Shown one piece after another: positions 19,166-27,071 of a stretch of DNA of 64,000 nucleotides. Every line of letters starts with the position of its first letter. Within the stretch, counting starts at the first letter, position 1. The notes under the pieces were generated by a model. The model saw only the letters and a list, made by a program, of their open reading frames with translations, searched no databases and was not told the origin of the DNA. Origin of the DNA: Elusimicrobia bacterium GWA2_61_42 (GTDB taxonomy: Bacteria; Elusimicrobiota; Elusimicrobia; Elusimicrobiales; UBA9959); assembly GCA_001799615.1 (NCBI GenBank), contig MGTU01000011.1:23480-87479 (forward strand), written 5' to 3'. Made by a program: the position numbers and the translations under genes.

Positions 19166-20584
19166 ATGATAAGAAAACCTGCTGTAGCCGGACGCTTTTA
19201 CGACGCGGACCCGGAGGCGCTGCGCGCCGCGGTGCTGCGTTTCCTTAAACCGGCGAACCGTCCCCTGGGCGAGGTAAAGGGGTTTCTGGCCCCTCACGCC
19301 GGCTATACCTACTCCGGCCCCGCCGCCGGCTCCGCTTTCGCCTCCGTAAAGGACCTGGACTTTGACACGCTGGTGATAATGGCCACCGGCCACACCATGC
19401 CGCTGCGCAAAGGCGCGCTGCTGGCCTCCGGCTCGTTCGAGACCCCGCTGGGCCGGGTGGAGATAGACGCCGCGTTCTGCGCCGAGCTCCTGAAGGAAAA
19501 AAAACTTTTCGAGGACCTGCCGGCCGCCCACGAGGAGGAGCACGCCGTGGAAGTGCAGCTGCCCTTCCTGCAGGCCGTAAAAGGCTCCGCCGTAAAGATC
19601 GTCCCCATACTTTTTAACTGCGAGGACACCGCCCTGCTCGAAAAGGCCGGGCGCGCCGTGGGCCGGGCCCTGAAAGGGCGCCGGGCGCTGTTCTGCGTTT
19701 CCTCCGACCTCAGCCATTATCCCCCCGGCGACGTCGCCGAAATGTCGGACCGCTCGGTGCTGCTGGCCCTGCGGCAGGCCATGCGCAATGCCAGCCCGGA
19801 GTATTTCACGCTGGCCAACCGCCTGCTGCTGGCCAAGGCCGCGGGCTCCCTGGATACCACGGCCTGCGGGCAGGCGGCCATGACCGCCGGCGCCGCGGCA
19901 GCGCTGGAACTGGGCTGCAACGATTTCGAACTGGGGCTTTACACCCACTCGGGCAAGGTCTCCGGCGACGAGACGGCCGTGGTGGGCTACGGCGCGGGTT
20001 TCTTCACCAAGGTTTCCCCCAAGCCTTCCGGCGCGCCCGGCTTGGACGGCAGGATGCAGGAGGAACTGCTGGCGCTGGCGCGCTTCAGCATAGGGGGCTG
20101 CCTGAAAACCGGGAAAACGCCTAGCCAGCCTTTGAGCTTCAGGCCGGAATTCAACCAGCCGGCCGCCGTGTTCGTGACCCTTACCAGCGGCGGCGCGCTG
20201 CGCGGCTGCATCGGCAGCCTGGAGCCGCGCGGGACGCTGGCCGACATGGTCGGTGCTTACGCCGGCGCGGCGGCTTTCGAGGACCCCCGGTTCGAGCCTG
20301 TCACGGCGGCGGACCTGAAAAAACTGAAGATCGAGATCTCGGTGCTTTCCCCCCTGGAACGGGTTTCCGGCCCGGAGGCGGTGAAAGCCGGGGTGCACGG
20401 GGTCTATGTTAAAAACGGCGGCCGCTCGGGCACCTACCTGCCGCAGGTCTGGGAGCATTTCACTGACAAAGAGGAGTTCCTGTCCTCCCTCTGCGCCGAG
20501 AAGGCCGGGCTGGCCGCCGGCGCCTGGAAAGACCAGGCTACCGAGTTATATACCTATACGGTATCTTCTTTCACCGAGAAATAA
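19166..20584 (+). CDS. AmmeMemoRadiSam protein B (Memo-like) fused to protein A (AMMECR1)
   Basis: RKPAVAGRFY, PHAGY.YSG, EHAVEVQLPFL, SSDLSHY, VVGY; then FVTL....LRGCIG, DPRF, EISVLSP, LPQVW; SD GGAG. Confidence 0.92.
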   Translation: MIRKPAVAGRFYDADPEALRAAVLRFLKPANRPLGEVKGFLAPHAGYTYSGPAAGSAFASVKDLDFDTLVIMATGHTMPLRKGALLASGSFETPLGRVEIDAAFCAELLKEKKLFEDLPAAHEEEHAVEVQLPFLQAVKGSAVKIVPILFNCEDTALLEKAGRAVGRALKGRRALFCVSSDLSHYPPGDVAEMSDRSVLLALRQAMRNASPEYFTLANRLLLAKAAGSLDTTACGQAAMTAGAAAALELGCNDFELGLYTHSGKVSGDETAVVGYGAGFFTKVSPKPSGAPGLDGRMQEELLALARFSIGGCLKTGKTPSQPLSFRPEFNQPAAVFVTLTSGGALRGCIGSLEPRGTLADMVGAYAGAAAFEDPRFEPVTAADLKKLKIEISVLSPLERVSGPEAVKAGVHGVYVKNGGRSGTYLPQVWEHFTDKEEFLSSLCAEKAGLAAGAWKDQATELYTYTVSSFTEK

Positions 20585-20615
20585 CAAAAGCCCCCCGTTG
20601 GCGGCTCCTCAGTAT

Positions 20616-20657
20616 AAAAAAGATCCACCGTGCTATGGACGCACGGTGGATCTTTTT
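20616..20657. terminator. Bidirectional intrinsic terminator
   Basis: AAAAAGATCCACCGTGC-TATGGAC-GCACGGTGGATCTTTTT. Confidence 0.9.
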
Positions 20658-20673
20658 GCGAAGGCTGGGTTGT

Positions 20674-21126
20674 TTACAGGCCGCCCAGGAACATCAGGGC
20701 GAACATGAACAGGCCGCCGGTCATGGCTCCCACAATTCCGCCGAATAAGGCTATGCCTACGAAGGCGCCTATCGCTACCATGCCGTAGGTGGCCATATTC
20801 GTTTTAAGGTGTTTTTTCAGGGACTCGCCGAAAGTAGGAGGCTTTTCGGGCTCCGCGGGCTTAACTTCCGGCGGTTTGGCGGCGGGCGTGCTTGCGGCAG
20901 CCGGGGCTGAGGCTGCGTCAGGGGCGCCGACTGCGGGAGGGGTAGGCGTGTTTGAACCGCTGGCCAGTCCAGTCGCTATACCTGAATTAACCTTCAGCCA
21001 GCTCTGCGCCTCGCCCAAGGGGATGTTCTCCCTTTCGCCGAGGGGCAGGGTCTCCGCAAAAGCGAAGCCGGTAGCCATTATAAAGCTGCCGAGAACTATG
21101 AGGAAAATTGCTTTAGTGTTTTTCAT
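20674..21126 (-). CDS. Hypothetical exported protein with Pro/Ala-rich linker and C-terminal Gly-rich TM hairpin
   Basis: Signal peptide MKNTKAIF...AFA; start set 6 nt after TATAAT. Confidence 0.7.
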   Translation of the reverse strand: MKNTKAIFLIVLGSFIMATGFAFAETLPLGERENIPLGEAQSWLKVNSGIATGLASGSNTPTPPAVGAPDAASAPAAASTPAAKPPEVKPAEPEKPPTFGESLKKHLKTNMATYGMVAIGAFVGIALFGGIVGAMTGGLFMFALMFLGGL

Positions 21127-21132
21127 ATCCAT

Positions 21133-21202
21133 ATTATACGGAATAGCCGTAAATTTTGTAAGGGCAATTGTTCCCAAGCGTATATAGGTCCAAAGACCTA
21201 TA
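21133..21202 (-). promoter_or_regulatory. Two palindromic boxes plus -10 TATAAT
   Basis: Perfect 8-4-8 inverted repeat TATAGGTC-CAAA-GACCTATA at 21183-21202; box GGGCA-ATTG-TTCCC at 21162-21175; 23 bp to TATAAT at 21133-21138. Confidence 0.7.
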
Positions 21203-21253
21203 CCGTAAAATGGAGGAATATGGGGAAAAACAGTGAAGCGGTGGCGGGCGGGG

Positions 21254-21436
21254 TTAGAAAAGCTTGTCCTGGCTGGGTTTTTCCTTTCTTTTGCCTGATT
21301 TCTTGACCGCCTCCTCCGCCTCGGTCAAGCCGAGGCGGAAGATGTCCACTATCTGGTAGCCGTCTTCCCTTAGTTGCTGCAGTTTCGTGCTGTCTTCTTC
21401 AGAGAGGGAGATCACTATCTGGTAGCGTGGTTTCAT
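21254..21436 (-). CDS. Small ribbon-helix-helix-like DNA-binding protein
   Basis: N-terminal alternating strand RYQIVISLS, helix EEDSTKLQQL, second helix IVDIFRLGL; basic tail. Confidence 0.6.
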   Translation of the reverse strand: MKPRYQIVISLSEEDSTKLQQLREDGYQIVDIFRLGLTEAEEAVKKSGKRKEKPSQDKLF

Positions 21437-21439
21437 TGT

Positions 21440-21589
21440 TTACCTTCCTTTTCCAGTGTAGTTTAAAGCAAGTTTGATCCGGTCGGCGCGGGCTATGCTG
21501 ACCCCCATCTTGCCGTCCTTTATCAGGCCGAGTGTCGCGCACATCCACACCTTGAAGTCTTTCTGGAGCATATACTTTTGAGTGTTCAT
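21440..21589 (-). CDS. Small protein (49 aa) absent from the ORF track
   Basis: Read by hand: GGAGG SD, then MNTQKYMLQKDFKVWMCATLGLIKDGKMGVSIARADRIKLALNYTGKGR*; stop lies 3 nt before the next ATG. Confidence 0.7.
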   Translation of the reverse strand: MNTQKYMLQKDFKVWMCATLGLIKDGKMGVSIARADRIKLALNYTGKGR

Positions 21590-21620
21590 ATTTCCTCCGT
21601 GCAAGTGACGCTGTTCTCAA

Positions 21621-21658
21621 CTATGTATAGTATAGCATAGGATAGTATAGTTTGTCAA
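21621..21658 (-). promoter_or_regulatory. Sigma70 promoter overlaid by tandem pentamer repeats
   Basis: TTGACA (21653-21658), 18 bp, TGcTATACT (-10 at 21629-21634); five direct NATAG units at 21626-21650 plus one inverted unit. Confidence 0.8.
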
Positions 21659-21787
21659 GGGGTAGTTTCCCCCCCCTTCAAATAAGCATTGAAAAACAAG
21701 CACATTTTATTCCCCCTCCCAACGGGCTCTGCCCCCTTCCGTAGGAATTTCCTGTTTTCCGTTCGAATAAATTGCTAAAATTCCCCT

Positions 21788-22630
21788 ATGAAGAAACTGC
21801 GTTTCCAGCCCGGCCGCACCTTGGTTTGCGGCATACTCAACGTCACTCCCGATTCGTTTTCGGACGGCGGCAAATGGCCTTCCGCTCAGGCCGCAGTAGC
21901 CCGCGCGCTTGAGCTGGAAGCCCAGGGCGCAGATCTGCTGGATATTGGCGGCGAATCCTCCCGCCCCGGCAGCGCTTCGGTCGCCTTGGAAGAGGAAAAG
22001 CGCCGCGTCATACCGGTGCTGGAAGCCCTTGCGGGCCGGCTTAAGATCCCGATCTCGGTGGATACCTGCAAGCCGGAACTGGCTTTATTGGCCGTAAAGG
22101 CCGGCGCGGACATCATAAACGACATAACCGGGTTCATTTCCCCGGCCATGATAGAGGCCGCGGCGGCTTCAGGCGCGGGCGCCATAGTTATGCATATGCA
22201 GGGAGAGCCCCGGACCATGCAGGCCGCCCCGGTTTACCGCGATGTGGTAGCGGAAGTAAAAGCTTTCCTGGCCGAAAGGGCCGCCGCGCTGGCTAAGGCC
22301 GGGGTAAAGGACATCATCCTGGACCCGGGCATCGGTTTCGGCAAGAACATCGCCCATAACCTGGAGCTGGTGGCCCGCCTGGCGGAAATACGCTCTATCG
22401 GCTGCCCGGTGATGCTGGGGGTTTCCAGGAAAAAATTCATAGGCGCGCTGGCCGGCGGCGAGACCGGCGAACGCTTGAGCGGCACTATAGCCGCCTGCGT
22501 GGCCGGGGCCGCCAACGGGGCGGACATCATCCGCGTGCACGACGTGCTGGAATGCCGCAAGGCCATGCTGGTGGCCGACGCGATAAGGTCCGCCGGTAAA
22601 AAATGGCCATTTGATGGGCATAGCCCTTGA
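21788..22630 (+). CDS. folP: Dihydropteroate synthase
   Basis: GILNVTPDSFSDGG, DIGGESSRPG, SVDT, IIND, DPGIGFGK, SRK and RVHDV motifs. Confidence 0.97.
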   Translation: MKKLRFQPGRTLVCGILNVTPDSFSDGGKWPSAQAAVARALELEAQGADLLDIGGESSRPGSASVALEEEKRRVIPVLEALAGRLKIPISVDTCKPELALLAVKAGADIINDITGFISPAMIEAAAASGAGAIVMHMQGEPRTMQAAPVYRDVVAEVKAFLAERAAALAKAGVKDIILDPGIGFGKNIAHNLELVARLAEIRSIGCPVMLGVSRKKFIGALAGGETGERLSGTIAACVAGAANGADIIRVHDVLECRKAMLVADAIRSAGKKWPFDGHSP

Positions 22631-22649
22631 TATGGCACCTGCGCAAGCA

Positions 22650-24383
22650 ATGACGGTCTATCTTTCCCTCGGCTCAAATCTGGGCGACAGGCTGGAAAAC
22701 CTGGCGCAAGCCCTGCGGCTGCTTAATAAGGGCGGCTGCCGGGTGGTCAAAAGCTCCTCCGTCTACGAAACCGCCCCCCTCTATTACCTTAAGCAGCCGG
22801 CTTTCTTCAACCAGGCCGCGGTTTGCGAAACTCCCCTCCCTCCGGAAGACCTGCTGGTTCTTATCGCCGGCGTGGAGAAAACCTTGAAACGCCGCCGCCT
22901 GCTTAAGAACGGGCCGCGTACCATAGACATAGACATCTTGTTTTACGGCGGGCGTGTCATCAAGTCCCCCGGGCTGGCCGTTCCCCATCCCCGCCTGGCC
23001 GAGCGCGAGTTCGTGCTGGCTCCCCTGGCCGAAATAGCCCCGGGCCTGCGCCATCCCGTCACCGGGCTGAGCGCGGCCAAAATGCTTTCGAACCTCAAGC
23101 GGCGCGGCGCCGCGCGCCGCCTGCCCTCTACTTATAAGGAAGCGGAAGCCTGGCTGAAGACCCTGCCGCCGCCGGCCGCCGACGCGCATTATTCTCTGGC
23201 CCCTATAAAAACCGCGCTGGCCGCCCTAGGCTCGCCGCAAACTTCCATGGGGACGGTGCTGCATATCACGGGTTCCACCGGCAAGACCAGTTCCGCCTGC
23301 CTGGCGGCGGCCGCGCTGGCGGCCTGCGGCCACCGCACCGGGCTTTATACCAGCCCGCATATTACCGGACCGCGCGAGCGGATAAAGCTCGACGGCGCCG
23401 AGATCAGCGAAAAAGATTTTCTCGGCTGTTTTCTCAAGGCGGAGTCCTGCTGCGCCGGCGAGCTGTCCTATTTCGAACTGCTCACGGCCATGGCTTTCCT
23501 TTATTTCTCCGGCAGGCGGACCCTGTTCTCCGTGGTGGAGGCCGGGCTGGGCGGCCGGCTGGACGCCACCAACGCGGCTGACGCGGCGGTAGCCGGCATA
23601 ACCTCGGTCAGCGTCGAGCACGCCGCGCTGCTGGGCCCGGGACTGAAAGAGATAGCCGCGCATAAGGCGGGTATTATTAAGAAAGGAAGTTCCGCCCTCG
23701 TCGGCTTGCGCGTGCCGCCGGAGGCCATGGCCGTTATCAGCCGCCGCGCCGCGGCTATGAAGGCCGGCGTTTCACGCCCGTCGGGGTTTACGGCGTACCT
23801 GGGCCCCGTGGCGGTTAAAGGCGGCAGGTTCCAGGCTAAGAACGCCGCTTTCGCGCTGAGCGCCGCGGCCCTGGCCGCAAAGCGCGCCGGCGCGGTTTTC
23901 AGCCTGGAGAAGGCAGCCGCGGCTTTACCCGCGGCTATCCCCCCCGGCCGCTTCGAACGCCTCCGCTACCGCGGCCGCCAATTTGTTCTCGACGGGGCGC
24001 ATAACCCGGAAGGCGTGGACGCGCTCCTTGAGGAACTCGGACGCCGCGGCAAAAAACCGTTCTTCGTGATCTCGCTGATGGATGACAAGGCGCTGCGCCT
24101 CCTGGTCTCAAAGTTCTCGGCGGCGGCCGGCGGTATCCTCTTCACCCGCTCCACGTCCTACAGGGCGGCACCGCCGGAGAAATTAAAAAAACTGCTGCCC
24201 GCCTCGTTCTCAGGCCGGGCCGAAGTTATAGCCGACCCCGCTAAAGCCCTCGCCCGTGCCCTCAAGCTGGCGCCTGCCTCTTCCGAAGTGGTAGTCGCCG
24301 GCAGCCTTTACCTGGCCGGGGATATTAAAGCCCTGCTCAAAGGCCGCAAAGCCTTCCATCCCAAAGAAATGCTGGTGAAATAA
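22650..24383 (+). CDS. folK-folC: FolK (HPPK) fused to FolC (folylpolyglutamate/dihydrofolate synthase)
   Basis: YLSLGSNLG, GPRTIDIDIL, PHPRL..R.FVL.PL; then HITGSTGKTS, YTSPH, EAGLGGRLDATN, KAGIIK, PGRF, LDGAHN, GSLYLAG in one frame; start could be 22632. Confidence 0.92.
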   Translation: MTVYLSLGSNLGDRLENLAQALRLLNKGGCRVVKSSSVYETAPLYYLKQPAFFNQAAVCETPLPPEDLLVLIAGVEKTLKRRRLLKNGPRTIDIDILFYGGRVIKSPGLAVPHPRLAEREFVLAPLAEIAPGLRHPVTGLSAAKMLSNLKRRGAARRLPSTYKEAEAWLKTLPPPAADAHYSLAPIKTALAALGSPQTSMGTVLHITGSTGKTSSACLAAAALAACGHRTGLYTSPHITGPRERIKLDGAEISEKDFLGCFLKAESCCAGELSYFELLTAMAFLYFSGRRTLFSVVEAGLGGRLDATNAADAAVAGITSVSVEHAALLGPGLKEIAAHKAGIIKKGSSALVGLRVPPEAMAVISRRAAAMKAGVSRPSGFTAYLGPVAVKGGRFQAKNAAFALSAAALAAKRAGAVFSLEKAAAALPAAIPPGRFERLRYRGRQFVLDGAHNPEGVDALLEELGRRGKKPFFVISLMDDKALRLLVSKFSAAAGGILFTRSTSYRAAPPEKLKKLLPASFSGRAEVIADPAKALARALKLAPASSEVVVAGSLYLAGDIKALLKGRKAFHPKEMLVK

Positions 24384-24419
24384 AAAGACCGGCGGAATGT
24401 TATTCTGGCCGGTTCTTTT
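24383..24419. terminator. Probable bidirectional terminator
   Basis: AAAAGACCGGC-GGAAT-GTT-ATTCT-GGCCGGTTCTTTT imperfect hairpin directly after the folK-folC stop. Confidence 0.65.
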
Positions 24420-24427
24420 CCTCCCTG

Positions 24428-24626
24428 AAATTTAAGTGTCCCCACCAGACGGTCACGTGTTCCCGGTTCGCCGTCGCTCACCGGGCCACGCGACCCCGGC
24501 GGGGACCTGTCGCTTCGCTCCATCCCCCGCTGCGGCCTGTTGGCCTCGCGGGTCCGCCTTTCGATTCCTGCCGCGAGCCAAATTGTTGGCTCGCTGTGGG
24601 ATATAAAATTTAAATGTCCCCACCAG
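24428..24626. repeat. tRNA-linked repeat: duplicated tRNA 3' end enclosing REP-like hairpins
   Basis: AAATTTAAGTGTCCCCACCAG (24428-24448) versus AAATTTAAATGTCCCCACCAG (24606-24626), 20/21 identical, 178 bp apart. Confidence 0.8.
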
Positions 24627-24686
24627 GAATCGAACCTGGATTGCCTGCTTAGAAGGCAGGAGCTCTATCCTTTGAGCTATGGGGAC
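24615..24686 (-). tRNA. tRNA-Arg (TCT)
   Basis: GTCCCCATAGCTCAAAGGATAGAGC...CTTCTAA...GGTTCGATTCC.GGTGGGGACA; CCA not encoded. Confidence 0.96.
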
Positions 24687-24717
24687 AATTTGTATATTTT
24701 ACAACAATTGCGGGGCG

Positions 24718-25875
24718 CTAGCCGAAAAGGTAGAGCTCTTCTTCGGCGCGGGTGATGCCGGTGTACAGCCAGCGGCGCCACATCTCGTCGTCCATCTGCG
24801 CGAAGCGCTCCTCGAACATGATCACTTTCTTCGCCTGGCTGCCCTGGGCTTTGTGCACGGTCAGAGCGTAGCCGAAGTCGAACAGGTCGCCCAGCATGGC
24901 GAGCTGCCGGTCCTTGGTGAAGTTCACGCCGGTTTTGGCGTTGAACTGCGGCGCGTAGATAAGGCCCTCGTAGGGCTTCTCGCGGTCGTCCAGCCGGATC
25001 TCGGCCTGGTACCAGTCTTTCTGTGCCGGGACTATGCTGGTAATGGTGCCCAGCATCCCGTTGAAAATGGCCTTCTTGTGGTTGTTCCTGAGGCAGATCA
25101 CGCGGTCGCCGCCGGCGGGGTTCGGGCTCTCGTAGCCGCGGTTGGCGCGGATATGCTGGTTGAGCCGGTTGCGGGTGTTGTTGTAGCCGCAGAGGATCAG
25201 CGTGTCCGGCGAATAGCATTCCAGGAGTTCCCCCGACTTCTCCTGGGCGTCGGGGTCCTCTTTCAAATATTTGTATACGCCGACGCCGTACTTTTTGGGC
25301 GGCACTATGCCGGTGGTGCGGGCGAACTCGGAAACCGTGATGATGGGGTTCTCGGCGGCCTGCCTGTGGATCTGAGTGAGCAGCAGCTGCGGCTTCTCCA
25401 TCAGGTTGAACTTGCCGGAGATGGGCGGCAGCTGGCCGTGGTCGCCCACGGCGATGATGGGGATGTTGTAGGAAAGCAGGTCGTTCCAGATGAGCCCGTC
25501 CACCATGGAGGCTTCGTCCACGATTATGAGGTGCCGCTCCAGCGCGTCCTTCTTGTCCCAGCCGGCTATCAGCCCGTCGGCTTCCCTGGGCGTGTAGATA
25601 AGGCCGTGGATAGTGCTGACCGAATCCTTAACGCTGAGGGCGCCGGCTTCCTTCAGCTTGTTCTTGAGGTTCTGCGCGGCCTTGCCGGTATAGCTGCAGA
25701 AGGCCAGCTTGACGTTCTTGTCCAGCTTTAAAAGCTCGTTCTTGAAAATGGCGATCAGCGTGGTCTTGCCGGTGCCGGCGTAGCCGCCCAGCGTTATGAA
25801 TTGGGCCTTCTCCGGGTCTTTGTACCAGGCCAGGAGTTTCGCCAGCGCTTTCTGTTGATCGTCGGATAGTTCCAT
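24718..25875 (-). CDS. SF1B helicase (RecD2/Dda-like, short form)
   Basis: GYAGTGKTT, YTGKAA, TIH, IVDEASM, GD..QLPP, IHRQA, YALTVHKAQGS and YTGITRA. Confidence 0.9.
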   Translation of the reverse strand: MELSDDQQKALAKLLAWYKDPEKAQFITLGGYAGTGKTTLIAIFKNELLKLDKNVKLAFCSYTGKAAQNLKNKLKEAGALSVKDSVSTIHGLIYTPREADGLIAGWDKKDALERHLIIVDEASMVDGLIWNDLLSYNIPIIAVGDHGQLPPISGKFNLMEKPQLLLTQIHRQAAENPIITVSEFARTTGIVPPKKYGVGVYKYLKEDPDAQEKSGELLECYSPDTLILCGYNNTRNRLNQHIRANRGYESPNPAGGDRVICLRNNHKKAIFNGMLGTITSIVPAQKDWYQAEIRLDDREKPYEGLIYAPQFNAKTGVNFTKDRQLAMLGDLFDFGYALTVHKAQGSQAKKVIMFEERFAQMDDEMWRRWLYTGITRAEEELYLFG

Positions 25876-25902
25876 TTATACTTCGGAGAGAACGGCCGGT
25901 CT

Positions 25903-26931
25903 CTAGGCCCCGGCCGCCAGCTGGCCGCAGGCGGCGGCGATGTCGGAGCCTTTCTCGCGGCGCAGGTGCGTGCGGATGCCGGCTTCCACCAGGATCTTCT
26001 GGAATTCCTTGGCTTTCTCTATGCGGCCGGGCGTGTACGGCGCGGCCGCGGGGCCGGGGTTGTACATGATCAGGTTGACCTTGCAGTTCAGGTCCTTGAT
26101 GAGGGCCAGGAGCTTCTGGGCGTACTCCGGGGAGTCGTTGAGCCCGTCGAAGAAAATATATTCGAAGAACACGGACTTCTTGGTGCGGTCGCCGTAATAG
26201 CGCGCGGCGCCGATGACCTGCCGCAGGTCGTATTTGCGGCTCATGGGCGCCAGCTCGGCGCGCTGCGCCTCGTCCGCGGTTATCAGCGACACCGCCAGCC
26301 GGACGCCCATGTGCGAGTCGGCCAGTTCGCGGATCACGGGCACCACGCCCACGGTGGAAACGGTGATGCTGCTCTGCGGGAAGTTGTGGCCCTTGTTGTC
26401 CGAGAGGATCATGATGGCTTTCTTGACCTTGGCCCAGTTCAGGAAAGGCTCGCCCATGCCCATGAAGACCACGCTGTCTATAGGCTTGCCGGCTTCGCGG
26501 CGGCAGGCCACGAACTGCGCTATGATCTCGGCGGGCTTGAGGTCCCGCTTCAGGCCGAGCGCGCCGGTGGCGCAGAAGGTGCAGCCGCAGGCGCAGCCGA
26601 CCTGGGAAGAGATGCAGGCGGAGACGGTGTTCTTGTTGAACAGGATGACGCTCTCCGCCCTGGCGCCGTCGGGGAAAGTGAGGAGCAGCTTGATGGTGCC
26701 GTCCAGCTTGGAGACCAGTTTCTCTACTTTGGGAAAGGCCGCCAGGGAGTATTTGTCCTGCAGCTTCTTAACTAGTTCCGGCCGCACTCCTGACATGGCT
26801 TCGAAGGTCGCGACGCCTTTTTTATGCAGGCAGTTGAAGACCCGGTCGGCCTTGGTGCCTTTTTCGCCCAGCGCCGTAATGGCGCCGGCCAGTTCCTGCC
26901 TGGTAAAATCCCTGATATCCGGTTTTGTCAT
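25903..26931 (-). CDS. rlmN: 23S rRNA/tRNA m2A methyltransferase RlmN
   Basis: CISSQVGC.CGC.FCATG, FMGMGEP, TVSTVG and DI.AACGQL. Confidence 0.93.
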   Translation of the reverse strand: MTKPDIRDFTRQELAGAITALGEKGTKADRVFNCLHKKGVATFEAMSGVRPELVKKLQDKYSLAAFPKVEKLVSKLDGTIKLLLTFPDGARAESVILFNKNTVSACISSQVGCACGCTFCATGALGLKRDLKPAEIIAQFVACRREAGKPIDSVVFMGMGEPFLNWAKVKKAIMILSDNKGHNFPQSSITVSTVGVVPVIRELADSHMGVRLAVSLITADEAQRAELAPMSRKYDLRQVIGAARYYGDRTKKSVFFEYIFFDGLNDSPEYAQKLLALIKDLNCKVNLIMYNPGPAAAPYTPGRIEKAKEFQKILVEAGIRTHLRREKGSDIAAACGQLAAGA

Positions 26932-27071
26932 GTTCAGTCCATAGCCGATCGTTTACCAGTTCAATTTTACAAGTTATTGCCCCCCCGTTCCTAATCCCGG
27001 GCCGGCCCGTCAGGGTGCCGGTATTTTTTGTAGAATTTTCGTGGTTAACTCAAACCGGGCGGGGTCACCTC

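Noticed and set aside
21345-21430. Direct repeat CACTATCTGGTAGC inside the RHH-like gene
   Set aside because: Only two copies, both encoding YQIV; not an array.
21399-21620. 73-aa ORF from the ORF track
   Set aside because: TTG start without an SD; the overlapping 21440-21589 frame has ATG, GGAGG and operon spacing.
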